From assembly GCA_000165425.1 (NCBI GenBank), contig CT867988.1:93370-157369 (forward strand): a stretch of 64,000 nucleotides of DNA, read 5' to 3'. The DNA is from Paramecium tetraurelia (lineage: Eukaryota). The notes beneath the pieces were generated by a model that ran no database searches, was not told the origin of the DNA, and worked only from the letters and a program-made list of their open reading frames with translations. Numbering within the stretch: the first letter of the stretch is position 1; each line of letters starts with the position of its first letter. Positions 1-11,575 of the stretch are shown here, piece by piece. Both the position numbers and the translations under genes were made by a program.

Positions 1-409
1 TAATAGTTTTTTCAAAGGATTCCATTTAGAGTGGAATTATTCCAATATGGGTTCTGTAAACACAGGAGTTACTTTGGTAATAAATTCCAAGAAGGATTCT
101 TTTAGTAATGTAATTTCTTAAATCAATTCCATCAATTTAAAATAATTAATGAATTAAAGCAATTGTTTCACTCTCCTAATTATATATAAAATTGTTTCAA
201 AACGAACATAAACTACTAATAAATCCGATCACGAAAGGAATCAAATAGCATAAAAAGACATGATGAAATCAGACCTTAAAGTTGTAATGTCATGATGATG
301 TTAGGAACTCTAATAAAATGCTCGTAAAATATATCTATACATACGAGAAGACTATAATAGGTAAATTAACAACAAATAATAATAGTTATTACTAAAAATA
401 ATAACTCCA

Positions 410-1169
410 TCAAACAAATTCATTAAAATCTGTCATAGCAATAAGGGCGACTTCCCTTTCTACGTTTTTCTTATTTTTTTTGTGTGCCTTTTGTTTCTTC
501 TATTTCTTTTATTTCTTATTCTTGATATGTGATGATTAATGGATCAAAGTCTATGAAGAGGCTGTTGCACAAAGACCACTGTACATTTTAGAGCGACCCA
601 ATTTACAACTTGCTCCAACTGGTCCTGCCAAAAAGGCCTACTTAGCTCCAGTGTATTTCTAGAATGAGTCAAGAGGATGTTTACTTCATCGAAATAACAA
701 ACTATGTATTCTGAGTCTTTATCTTCAGCCTTTCCACATCCAAAAGCACTAGACCTGGCTGTGAGTAATTATTTGGCATTTTCAGATTCTTTGAACCACT
801 TTTCCATAACTTAGTTGGTTCTCAATTGTTGATTGAGGTGTCTTTTAAAAAAGAGCACTCCATAATTTTAAAACTATAAATGAAATGCAACGATACTTAG
901 CCACAAGTGGAAGCCTTGAGAGGACATTTCTCAACACATGTTTAGGCCATTTTTGCATAGCCATTGCTCCAGTGCATAACATTCATATTAGATGCTGATG
1001 AAGATCCTTCAAAGCTAATTTAGCCAGTTGCAACCTGATTTCTAATTTGATTCAGGGAGTGAGCAAGTTAATTGGCCAATCCTGAATTGACTCCTTTATT
1101 ATGCACATTGCAATATTGATTCTATGCATAAACAAAGAAAAGTGTCAGAAACGATAAAATTATTCTCAT
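410..1169 (-). CDS. Secreted CAP/SCP (PR-1/antigen-5) domain protein with Lys-rich C-terminal tail; 2 tiny introns
   Basis: Table-6 translation MRIILSFLTLFFVYAQNQYC (signal peptide) ... LNQIRNQVATG...ASNMNVMHWSNGYAKMAQTC ... FGCG...YIVCYF, typical CAP motifs. 23-nt intron at 874-896. TGA at 410-412. Confidence 0.8.
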
Positions 1170-1181
1170 ATATTTTAATTT

Positions 1182-1958
1182 ATGAAAATAGCTAATTTCA
1201 TATCGAAGACTCAAAAATCCGTCTATTAATTCTGCGATATCAAGAAGAAATTCGCAAGCATAATATTCACGAATGTTGCAATCGATAACTTCGATACTAA
1301 ATTCCCTGGAGCCTCGTAGATCTTTTATTTTAATGAGTAATAGAAGGAAGCATTGGTGAAGACTACAGAAAATAAAAAGGAAATCATCTGTATGTATTTT
1401 AGTGATGACAAGAGTTCAATGATTCGAATTACTTGGGGTAGTATGTGAACAAGGTGTTTAATAATTTGAAGAGTAAGGCAACAAGGTTTGATTATGCACA
1501 TGTCGAGTTTTCGAATAAGGATTATTGGCAACATATGTATGAGATTGTCGGCACAATGGATGGGGAATGTATATTTTTTGAGTAATTGACTAAGCTTCAA
1601 CTCTTGTGATTAGAATAAAGGAGAATGTTTTGAAGGAATGTTTGGAATGTAAATTGGACAATTTGGAATAGTACAAGAGTTTATTCATCCAAAGAATTTT
1701 GAATATTGGGATGATTAGTGTATATCAGCTAAGTCTGATATCTCAAAAAACCCTTAAGGGAGGAATTTCAGAATTTGAGATCCGTTGCCTGAATACAAAG
1801 GAGGACTTTTTCGCTTCACATCAGAGAAAGTTGGTATGAAGTTATCCTTAGCTTAGTTGTATAAATCTGGAGGGAGAATTTATTACCAGATGGGTTTGCG
1901 ATCTATGGGACATAAACCTGATGCAGTAGTAGGGGAGGTATACCCTTAACTGGAATGA
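1182..1958 (+). CDS. Hypothetical protein with possible mitochondrial presequence; about 3 introns
   Basis: MKIANFISKTQKSVYQFCDIKKKF...; frame stays open after removing short GT..AG introns; ends ...VVGEVYPQLE-TGA. Confidence 0.6.
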
Positions 1959-1981
1959 TAAAAATAATATAAATTATTTTA

Positions 1982-2356
1982 ATGGGATCGATCCTCAATA
2001 AGTAAGAGGTTTCATCAAGAAAGCTATCTGAAATGCCGCTAGAACAAAAGTCTTAACACTACACTTAGGAAGCTCAGGAGAACGAATAAGCTAGAGTGGT
2101 GATTCAGACTTATCGTGACACAAAAATAAGTCGGAAAGTACATAACTTAGATCCCGAAGTTAAATAAACATTTAGCAAGTAATTCCCTAAGAAACAAGAT
2201 CTCTCGAATGCACAAGGATAAACTAGTTCAATTTAATAAAAGGAGACATTTCAATTGTCTCCACGATCACCTGATAAGGAAAGTGATTGTGATTGGCAAG
2301 ACATATATGGAGATCAATGCTTTACATTAAGTGATGGTCATGCAGCTTAACATTGA
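1982..2356 (+). CDS. Hypothetical 124-aa protein, N-terminal MG (possible myristoylation)
   Basis: Intronless table-6 ORF MGSILNKQEVSSRK...DGHAAQH-TGA, 375 nt. Confidence 0.7.
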
Positions 2357-3000
2357 TTATTTTAATTTTTGTTTTTTTTTTCTTTATTTCTGAAATGTCA
2401 ATAATTAGAAAATTGTTACAATCATTGTATATACAAAAGATGTGTAAAACCTATTACTGTAGGTAGCAGATAATAATTATTTTATAGAATAAGTAGATAA
2501 TCAGAATTGATAGACATAAAATTTTATATATTAACTAAATTTAAGGAAGAGAGATTGATTAATTTAAATTTCAAAATCTTTATAAGATTCTCCATAGTTA
2601 CTTGGTTTTAATATTATAAACAATAATATTAGAAAGGATAATTATGATATGATATGACTTGATTGATCAAAATTAAAATTCAAATACAGTAATAACCAAA
2701 CTATGAGAATCATGATAGAAAATCTTAAATTTTATCTTTAATGATTCTAATTCGATTGATTTGAATAATAGCAAATAGGTTGCGATTCCAAAACCTAAAG
2801 TGATTTAAGAGAAGACAAAAAGTACAGGATATGTCAAGTAAATGAAAATTGTCATAATAAAAAGTTCCTTGTTTATTTCTACTAAATTATAATGATGGGG
2901 AATGGATATTAGAAGAGAAACAGAGATATAAAGATTCAAATAATAATTGGAATATCATCTATTATAATTTATTAAGATAAAACTATTTAATTAAATATAT

Positions 3001-4199
3001 TCATGCTTAACCAATTAAAATAGTGTCTTCAGAGTATTCTTAATCCTCGTCGGTTTGTTCATCGTAAAGCATTCCCATCATCTTCCTCTTTCGAATAATT
3101 TGTCTCTCTATCGGTTAGTTCTTTATTTTGAATTCCATCAATTAATCATACATGTCATAACTACAATCAATATCTTCTGAAAGCCACTAGATAATGTAAT
3201 ATAAATAAGCATTACCAAGATGTTATCATTGCTAACTATGTTCAATTTGAATTTCATTTTCTGATCATACACTCTTAAACTTTTGAACTCCTTCCAAATA
3301 TTAGTCAATTTCACAGTTTCATCACAAACATAGATGGGATCTCCTTGGAACATACATTCAGTATACACCTTTGGACAACTCCTGTAAGTTGGATCATAGA
3401 GTTTTGCAACCTTGACAGTTAATTCAATTTATTTCGGAAAGAAGGATTTGTCATTCAACATCTGTATTTAAAGATTGTTGCCAAACAACTAGAAAGATTC
3501 CATTCCCATTATCAATGTGTCATCTAAATATGTCCCCTTTTAAACCAGAGCTTTGAATATGGTAATTAAGAGTACTTGCTATTTCAGTATCATTGAGTGT
3601 GGTCGAACTCATATCTTAGGCCAGAATATAGCAGATGTACACATATTAAAAGGTAGATTCGACTTGTATGGTCAGATTTTGATTATCAAAAGAGGAGTAT
3701 AATTTCAGCATTGGCTTCTTGCCACCGTATTTGAAGAAACCAGCAAATCCAGAGATGAACACTGAATGCTGCATCGGAGACGTGTAAATTTGCTCTAATG
3801 TCACTTGAGCCTTCTCTTACAATGGAAAACATCCTGAATCATAGGTGTCTCCTCCAAAAGCATACCAAGTGTATAGTACTGATTTAATGCAGCTTTTCGA
3901 GCAGACTACTTGGATTGTGAATCCTAATTAAATCTAGATTCCCCATTACCTGTTGTGTTAACTTTCATCAATTCAACATGGATGTCCAAAGCGAAATCAG
4001 AAAACTGCATTTCATTGGTGTGATTACTCAAAACGAAGATCACTTAGGGAACATATGCTTTGTAAACATTCAAGAATTTGATGTGTGTTATGGTGTCTTT
4101 TTCACAAGCCAAACCTCCGGCTCCAATTAGCAACTATCCATTTTCCAAGATTGGATATCCATATACGAGAATCACTAGTTGAAATAGCAAAACGTACAT
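3001..4199 (-). CDS. Secreted protein with H-type-lectin-like domain and C-terminal beta/gamma-crystallin-like motif; about 3 introns
   Basis: Signal peptide MYVLLFQLVILVYG; HIKFLNVYKAYVPQV...DIHVELMKVNTTGFTIQV...YTWYAF (H-lectin pattern); CPKVYTECMFQGDPIYVC...FKSLRV (crystallin Greek-key pattern). Confidence 0.65.
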
Positions 4200-4300
4200 T
4201 TATAAATTAATAAACATTACAATATTAGAGTATAAATTTTAATATTGCCTTGTGCTTTTTATAAATATATCATACAATATATTAATTGCCATATTCTCGG

Positions 4301-5377
4301 ATGCTTGCAGGAAAAGAAGAAAAGCCACCTCGACTAACAAGAGTAATCTCACTTTCAAGCTTAGTCTAATCGCGGTAATCTCGAGAGCGAACAACTGCCC
4401 GATTACTTAAGGAGCTCCTTCTCCGACACCTTCAAAATGAAAGAGCCCCCCAAAGTCTAAAAAGGAAAGAAGATCTTACCTCAATATGCATTTGGCAATT
4501 CTCTCGAATCACCTTCCTTCTTCCGTAATCCCAACACTTTGATTTGCAGAGAAAGCTATGACAATCCATTCCTCAAAGTCAGAGCTAAACCTCACAGTAA
4601 ATGGCAAACCCTCAGAAGTAGCACTCTCAACAATTTTGAATTTTATAATGTCTCTGAACAGAAATTCGCAAATCTCCCCAATAAAGGATACAAAAATGTC
4701 AAAATAGTAAAGTAGTATCTTCATCCAACATTTCTAGCACTGTAACCAATCAAGTGCATTATGTCCAAACTCCTCAAATCCGAGGGGATGAACAAACTTT
4801 TCAACTTGCCTACAAAACTTTGCAATAGAAATCAGGTCTTTTTGGCAGAAAGAACGGTATCCCTCATATCTGAATTGTGATAGAATTGTTCACCGATTTC
4901 ATTGAGAAGAATGATAATCAGAATGTTTATGGCCATTTGAATGATAGACAAAGACCAAAAGGACGTTTGAGAGATGTCAAGAATTACAGCCTCACTCCTT
5001 AGGAATTCCAAATTTATAAAAAAAGGTCCAGCCATTATCTCAATTCCAGTCCTAGTAAAGGCTTATAAAAAACAGAAGTGCCAATATTCAATTAAAACCA
5101 ATAATAAAAAGATTAATAAGTTGAAAAGTACTACTCAAAAGATTAAAGGTATGTAACTCATTCTAATACTGATAGTTATCTCAACTCGCTTAACAATTCG
5201 ATTATTATAACTTAAATAGATAAGCAATTAAAGAGAAAGAAATAAGATCGATATAAGTATTTATAAGTAATTATGTAAAGTGCTGATTTAAAGATATTGG
5301 ATTACAGAGAAAATGATATTGAATTGATTGCCAAATTCGAAGAACACTTAGAATTTGAAAAATTGTATGGAAATTGA
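4301..5377 (+). CDS. Hypothetical protein, 3-4 tiny introns
   Basis: MLAGKEEKPPRLTR|SNRGNLESEQLPDYLRSSF...; open in table 6 after splicing; ends EKLYGN-TGA. Confidence 0.65.
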
Positions 5378-5802
5378 TATATTATATCAACCATAAAATC
5401 AATAATATATATCTAAGAATATTCAAGTGGGATTAATTATTAGGTGATAGATTTTCTGAATTAACTACTAAGGATTTAGGTACATTACCATGAAATTATA
5501 TGCTAATAATTCTATTCTCTTTTCCTACTGTAAATAATATGCTATAATTATTCAATGACTTCATTTCGTCAATTCAATAATAATATTTCTTGAATTTTTT
5601 ACAAAAATAATTATAATGATGGAGATGTTTGGTTATTATTCAAAAACAAATAGACTAATCAAATAGTCTAATCTACTATTTACATCATTAAAATAGTACA
5701 TCATCCTATTTAATTTATGATCTTACAATCAATAATGAGAGATCAATAGAATGATTAGAAAAGTCTTAAATATATTTAAGCTATTTTTCATAAATTAATT
5801 AA

Positions 5803-6901
5803 ATGATCGGAGGAGTGCAATCAAGACTGAGAAAATTGGACATTTATCGTAAATTACCAGCTGATCTAACAGAGCCAACTACAGCTGGTGCATTAATTTC
5901 AGTCATCAGTACTATTGTGATAGTTATACTATTTATCACAGAATTACAAGTAATCCTTATTAGAATATATTCTTTATAGGCATACATTGAAGTGGATAAT
6001 AGTAGTGAAATGTTTGTTGATATTAATCGCGGTGGTGAATAAATTCGGGTAAACTTGGACATAGAATTTCATAAATTTCCATGTGATATTCTATCTTTGG
6101 ATGTTTAGGATATTATGGGGTCTCACGTTGTGAATGTAGAGGGTAGATTAATAAAAAAGAGAATAAAGAATGGAAAGGTAATTTCTGAAGAAGTTCATTC
6201 AAATCATGAAGGACACGAACATCATAATTAACCATCAATAGATTTTGCACGTATTGAGTAAGCATTTAAAGAAAAGGAAGGGTGTCAAATTGCTGGATAT
6301 ATTATTGTAAACAAAGTGCCAGGTAATCAATAATCACAATATTTCATAGGTAATTTCCATGTTTCAGCTCATGCTTTTGGAGGAATCTTACATTAAGTGT
6401 TTTAGAGAAGTTAAATATAAACTTTAGATTTATCACATACAATTAATCATATTTCATTTGGAGAGGAGGATGATTTGATGAAAATAAAGAAATAGTTTTA
6501 GAAAGGTGTTCTAAATCCACTTGATAATACTAAAAAAGTGGCTTAACCACAAGGTGGAACTGGAATGATGTTTTAATATTACATATCAGTTGTTCCAACA
6601 ACTTATGTGGATGTATCAGGAAATGAATATTATGTTCATCAATTTACTGCCAATAGTAATGAGGTATTAACTGATCATCTTCCAGCAGCTTATTTTAGGT
6701 ATTCATACTAGTATAATTAGATATGATCTCTCTCCAGTAACTGTGAAATTCTTGTAATATAGAGAAAGCTTTTTGCATTTCTTGGTGCAGATTTGTGCCA
6801 TTCTCGGAGGAGTATTCACAATTGCTAGCATAGTTGATGGAATGATTCATAAATCAGTTGTTGCACTACTTAAAAAGTACGAGATGGGTAAATTGAGTTG
6901 A
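5803..6901 (+). CDS. ER-Golgi intermediate compartment protein (ERGIC / Erv41-Erv46 family); 3 introns
   Basis: LRKLDIYRKLPADLTEPTTAGALIS + TM1; EGCQIAGYIIVNKVPGNFHVS; DLSHTINHISFG; YYISVVPTTY; YDLSP...ESFLHFLVQICAILGGVFTIA; C-terminal MGKLS. Confidence 0.92.
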
Positions 6902-7199
6902 AATAAATAAATATAATATGTTTATAGTGATATCATTAATAGAGGTGGTAGTCCATATGTTTAATATCTATATATTTTAATTTATTATTGAGTTATCAAA
7001 ACTGGGAAGGTAATTGCTTAATAGATATAAATAAGTTATGCACATTCAATAATATATAATATTAAAATTAAAATAAATAATGATCTAAATTACATATAAA
7101 TTATACAAAGTGTATTTAGATACTGAGTCATAATAAATATTTAAACTAATTTAATATATAACTACCTATCATTAATACTACTCAGTAGTAACATATTGG

Positions 7200-7300
7200 A
7201 GAAATAATGTGGGCTTAAAAGGATATACTCAATTTATAAATCATTAATGTTTGGAATGATGGGTAATCTTTATAGAGGAGAATTTAAAATTATAATAATA
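7200..7300 (+). pseudogene. Possible decayed RINGv (MARCH-type) fragment
   Basis: Reads KGYTQFINHQCLE-TGA-WVIF, resembling RINGv CxGxxxxVHxxCLxRW with a stop at the Arg position; no intact gene around it. Confidence 0.3.
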
Positions 7301-7366
7301 ATAGATAACCTTTTGAAAAGAAAATTTGTTTCAAAATTGAATAATTCATTAAATAATAAGAAAAAC

Positions 7367-8795
7367 TCAAGTTTTATTTTTAGAAAAAAAAATCTAAATT
7401 TTCCTTTTGTTATACTCGTAATTATGCATGATTGCCATGGCTTGCATAGCTGAATCTAGCTCTTAATAACGGATGAGACACTTGTTTTTATTTTTTTCTT
7501 CACAAAATATTCTAAAAATAGTTAAAATACATTTGGTTACTTAATTTTCTCTATTTATCCAAATTTAGAAAAGGTGTCATAAATAATGCCTTCCTCACAG
7601 AATTCCTTTTTCAGATTTGTTAACATAATTTATTAGGAAGGTGAGACCAAATATTTGAAATTATTATCTTTGTATCTAAAGGATGCCTCATTTCCTAAAT
7701 AAAACTCCTCCTCTTCTGTATTCTTAGGTAATTGGCCTTCTTCGCAATTTCTGAAGAATATGAATTCGTAATTGGATGGATAAACCTAGATTAATAGTTA
7801 AACAAGTACTTTCAATTTTTAACCAAAAAGAGTGGGATTTCCTTCGTTGAAATTAGTCAATAAGAATTTAACACTGACTTCAGTCGAGTATTCGATTAAG
7901 ACATTGCATTTAGTCTTGAAGTAGATCATCTTTTAGATGTTTCCAAAGGTGCTAAAAATATTATAAATCATAGTCATGGATGTCTATTTAGGATCAAACC
8001 AATTGGCATAGAGTACCTTTGTGATCAGTTTTTCTAGAGTGAAATGATTGGAGATATTTACTTTGTGGAAGAATTTCAGATTGAAAGATCTATTTTTCCA
8101 CTTGGATGTTATTTGGCAATTGTTATGAAGTGGAAATACGCTATCCTGGTGAGAACTGAAAGAGTTAGGTTAGATTGTCACCCATACACTTGACAAATTG
8201 ATTGGACCTTTTTTAGGAAATAATTCATAAAATTATTACAATTCTTCTTATTTGTCTTCAGTTGCTTCTTCTTGTGAATCGTAATCAGATGCACCATCAG
8301 CTTTATCGAAGTTTAGCGCTTCTGCAAATTATGTTGGTATGGGAGGCATTCCAGTTTAAGGAGGCAATATTTAAGAATGAGGGAGCCATTTGTTTATTGG
8401 GTCTGTCTTTGGCAACTCAGTTGAATGCACTATACCCTAAACTTGTTGGGCAGTGTAGTCTCTTAATAGGGATAATGAATCTACATCTTGCATATTGGTT
8501 TCTAGCTTGGAAGTCAAGACCCTTGCGATTCGACTCATAAACTAATATTGAAAGTCCATGCATGATTGTATTATTTAATTGAAGTGCACTTAGAGCAGAT
8601 CGGACACTATCGAACTGAACCAAAGCTTTCCAAATTGGTTTATTTCGCTCGAAGATAAGTATCTATGAAATACGTGAGAGGTCTTACTTTTTCGATTGTA
8701 CCGAATTGAATGAAATTTTGGTAGACGTGTGTCACTGTTATATTGATGAAGTCTGGGTTTTGAATGCATATCAACACAACAGAGGAATTGGCCAT
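7367..8795 (-). CDS. PTB / hnRNP-L-like multi-RRM RNA-binding protein
   Basis: ITVTHVYQNFIQFGTIEK|ILIFERNKPIWKALVQFDSV; MIYNIFSTFGNIQKMI; last RRM AMQAMAIMHNYEYNKRKIQIFFSK-NKT-TGA matches PTB/hnRNP-L RRM4 pattern. Confidence 0.82.
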
Positions 8796-8968
8796 TTTAA
8801 ATAACTAAATATTTTATAAGATTATATTGCTTTTAAGGGAATTAGAAATATAAATTTCAATAATGATTATAATTAAATTCATCAAGGACCGTCTTTACTC
8901 GACAAACTTAAAATTGTATATTTCTACATTACAAATTTTATATTATTATTTATATTTTATATCTAGTA

Positions 8969-10942
8969 ATGCCACCAAAAGCCAAAAAGATCGATCCTGA
9001 ATTACAAGCCGTATTAAATGGTTAATAATATTAGAAACAATTTGAACAATGGAAGGAAAGTGATGAATACAGAATCTGGTCAGAGTTATAAATAATGTAT
9101 AAATCCATGGAAAATAACATCTCCGAAACTTCCAAAGATTTGACAGGCAATTGGCAAGTAAACTCTTCTTTATTAGATTTCCTTTCATTTAGATATATCA
9201 TGATAAATTACTTGAAGTTTGTTAGACATTCAAATGCAAATCTAAAATAAAATAAATTGAACATGCCCATATTAGAAGTGCATTCTTTGCAGTTGAAGAT
9301 GTGGAAATTAACAAAACAGTTGTCAAACAATATCTTGATGGATTCTATTACTCAGTTGAGAAGCAAGACAAAGATAGAGCCAAACATGTGAAGGAATTAT
9401 TTGCTAAAATTGCTCGAAGTATGTGACCAATCTAATTCAATAGCACTGGAGGATCACAAGTTTTTTGATATGAATGCTGAAAATTATATAGCAGAAAGGA
9501 AAGTGTTCGTTGGTCTTCTGAATGATTTTTTGAAAAAACTACCAATCCTAATTAAGTCGAGTCATAAGATAATCGAAGAAAAACTCATGCTGGTCTTAGG
9601 ACCCCTCAGAGCATTATTAGAAATTAATAAGAAAATGATGTTCTTTGACCTTGTTAATACTTCAAACTAAGCAAGATAAACCAAGGATTTCATCTTAAAG
9701 GTTGCATTATTATCTATAATCCTGATTAGGCTGATGTTGAACAATATTGTATATGTCTTCAAGAAGCACAGAGGTTATTGTTAGAATCAAAAGCAATATC
9801 ATGCAATCCAAATGTCAAGTTGATCTTCAATAAATTGGGCTATGAAGGATGGTAGCAGAATAAGATTGAGTCTTTCTATTTAACTCCGTTGCAAGAAGCC
9901 TTCGATAAGATGAGAAACAACTTGCTTTGTTTGATGCTCAAGGGGATCAATTACTATAAGGCACCCTTGATGGACAATACGGTAATAATTTTGATTAAGA
10001 ATAGCAATTTGTAGAAGATGTGAAGGAATTGATTGATGCAGAATTGATTGCTGAACATCTCATGGGTACATCATTGAAAAGAGATTAATTAAATTTTGCC
10101 TTTTAGGTATTGAGTGTTATTTTCAATTCTAATGCTCAAGCTAAAGAATTCCTAATTAAAAGAGATGACAATTGTATAAAAGGAAGCATTCCCAAATTGA
10201 TGACATATCATACAATATTGTACATGAGAGCATGGAAGGATAGAAAAATAGAGGATGAATTTAAAGAATTAAAATTACAATAAAAAACATAGCCGTTGGC
10301 ACAATCGAATTTATTTGAGGCTCAATCTGCTATGTCAGCCATGTCACCAGATAAAAAGAGACAGGCAGATGATGATTTGAGAAAGAAAGAAGAAGAGAAC
10401 ATGCGAATCTAAGAAAAACTAGATTTTGAAAAGTATGGCAGATATTGGATTTGGGAGTATTATGCTCAAGATTAAATAAAAGCTAACTTCGAGGAGTGCG
10501 TTGAATTGATCAGACACATTAATAAGGCTGTTCAATAAGACATAGAGGATGTCATTATCAAAGAGGGGATGGTTCCTAAGTACTTCTAAATGCTTATTCT
10601 AGAAATCGTCCTCGTCAAGTGTAATAGAATGATCCAAGTCAAATGTTCAATAAATTGTAAGAGAAAGACAATGCAAATGTGTATGTAATTTAGAGGAGAC
10701 CCCCGGAATTATGGAACTATCCTAAAATTGTGGAGGAACAACATGAATTCAGAGCCATAGCCAAACCCAGAGATTGTTATAAGGATGGAAGAATATAAGT
10801 ATTGGAGAGTAAGATGGAATAATTGAGTGCTCACTTGGAGAGTAACAAGCCTTAGAGTTGGAATGAATTGATTCATAGAGTGATAGATGCATTGAGCAAT
10901 TAATATAATAAGAAGCCTAGTGCAATTGAACCAGGAAAATGA
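8969..10942 (+). CDS. Hypothetical helical protein of about 600 aa, several introns
   Basis: MPPKAKKIDPELQA|KQFEQWKESDEYRIW...; long table-6 frame; ends PSAIEPGK-TGA. Confidence 0.75.
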
Positions 10943-10954
10943 TTTAATATGAAC

Positions 10955-11542
10955 TCATTATATAGAAAAGAAATCAGATGGAAATCCCTTAATATTGTTG
11001 ATTTTTGGTTTCTATCGAATCTAAGGTTCCTTAACTTTCTGGAAAATGTCTTTCAATTATTATGTATTTAATAAAAGTAAATCCAAAATATTATTATTCT
11101 TCTGCGACTCGCATTATTAGAATTTGTTTTATTTCTATCCACATCCAATTAATTGGTTGTTCGGTGTCTTCATTTGAGGCAAGTCTTCGAATTTATGCTC
11201 TCTCGTTGTTCTAGTAGTTTTAATTTGAATGAAGTTGGTTAGATCTGTATCACTTTATATTGTTAATTAGCTGGCTTTTCTAAAGAGTTATTTGGGCTCC
11301 GAATCAAGTGAGATTTATTATTTTCGAGCTATTCTTTTATTTTTAAGATCGAGTAATTTATCTAGTTTTTCTGAACCATTAACAGTATGGATACGCTTAA
11401 TGGAATTCACTTTTTAGTGCTTCGAGGATGTTGGTGTATTTGGAATAGACTTTGGATTGGTAACTTGGATATGGTCTGCTCTAAATAATAGTTTTTAGTT
11501 AGATTTTTATTTAGATAAACTCTACTCTTATTTGAAGTTCAT
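10955..11542 (-). CDS. Hypothetical basic low-complexity protein
   Basis: MNFKQEQSLSKQKSNQKLLFRADHIQVTNPKSIPNTPTSS...; ends INNIKGFPSDFFSIQ-TGA. Frame through the middle not fully checked. Confidence 0.55.
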
Positions 11543-11575
11543 CTGTTAATAATAATATAATTAATAATAGATCAA

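Noticed and set aside
1..400. Open plus-strand frames at the window start
   Set aside because: With one stop codon, long open frames arise by chance; no recognisable motif and the frame is ambiguous.
2400..3000. AT-rich gap as a retained IES or transposon remnant
   Set aside because: TA-bounded IES-like ends cannot be told from background at this A+T content; no terminal inverted repeats or transposase motifs seen.
5600..5760. LIYDLT-like stretch hinting at a small-GTPase relic
   Set aside because: A single short motif with no P-loop or other G-box support.
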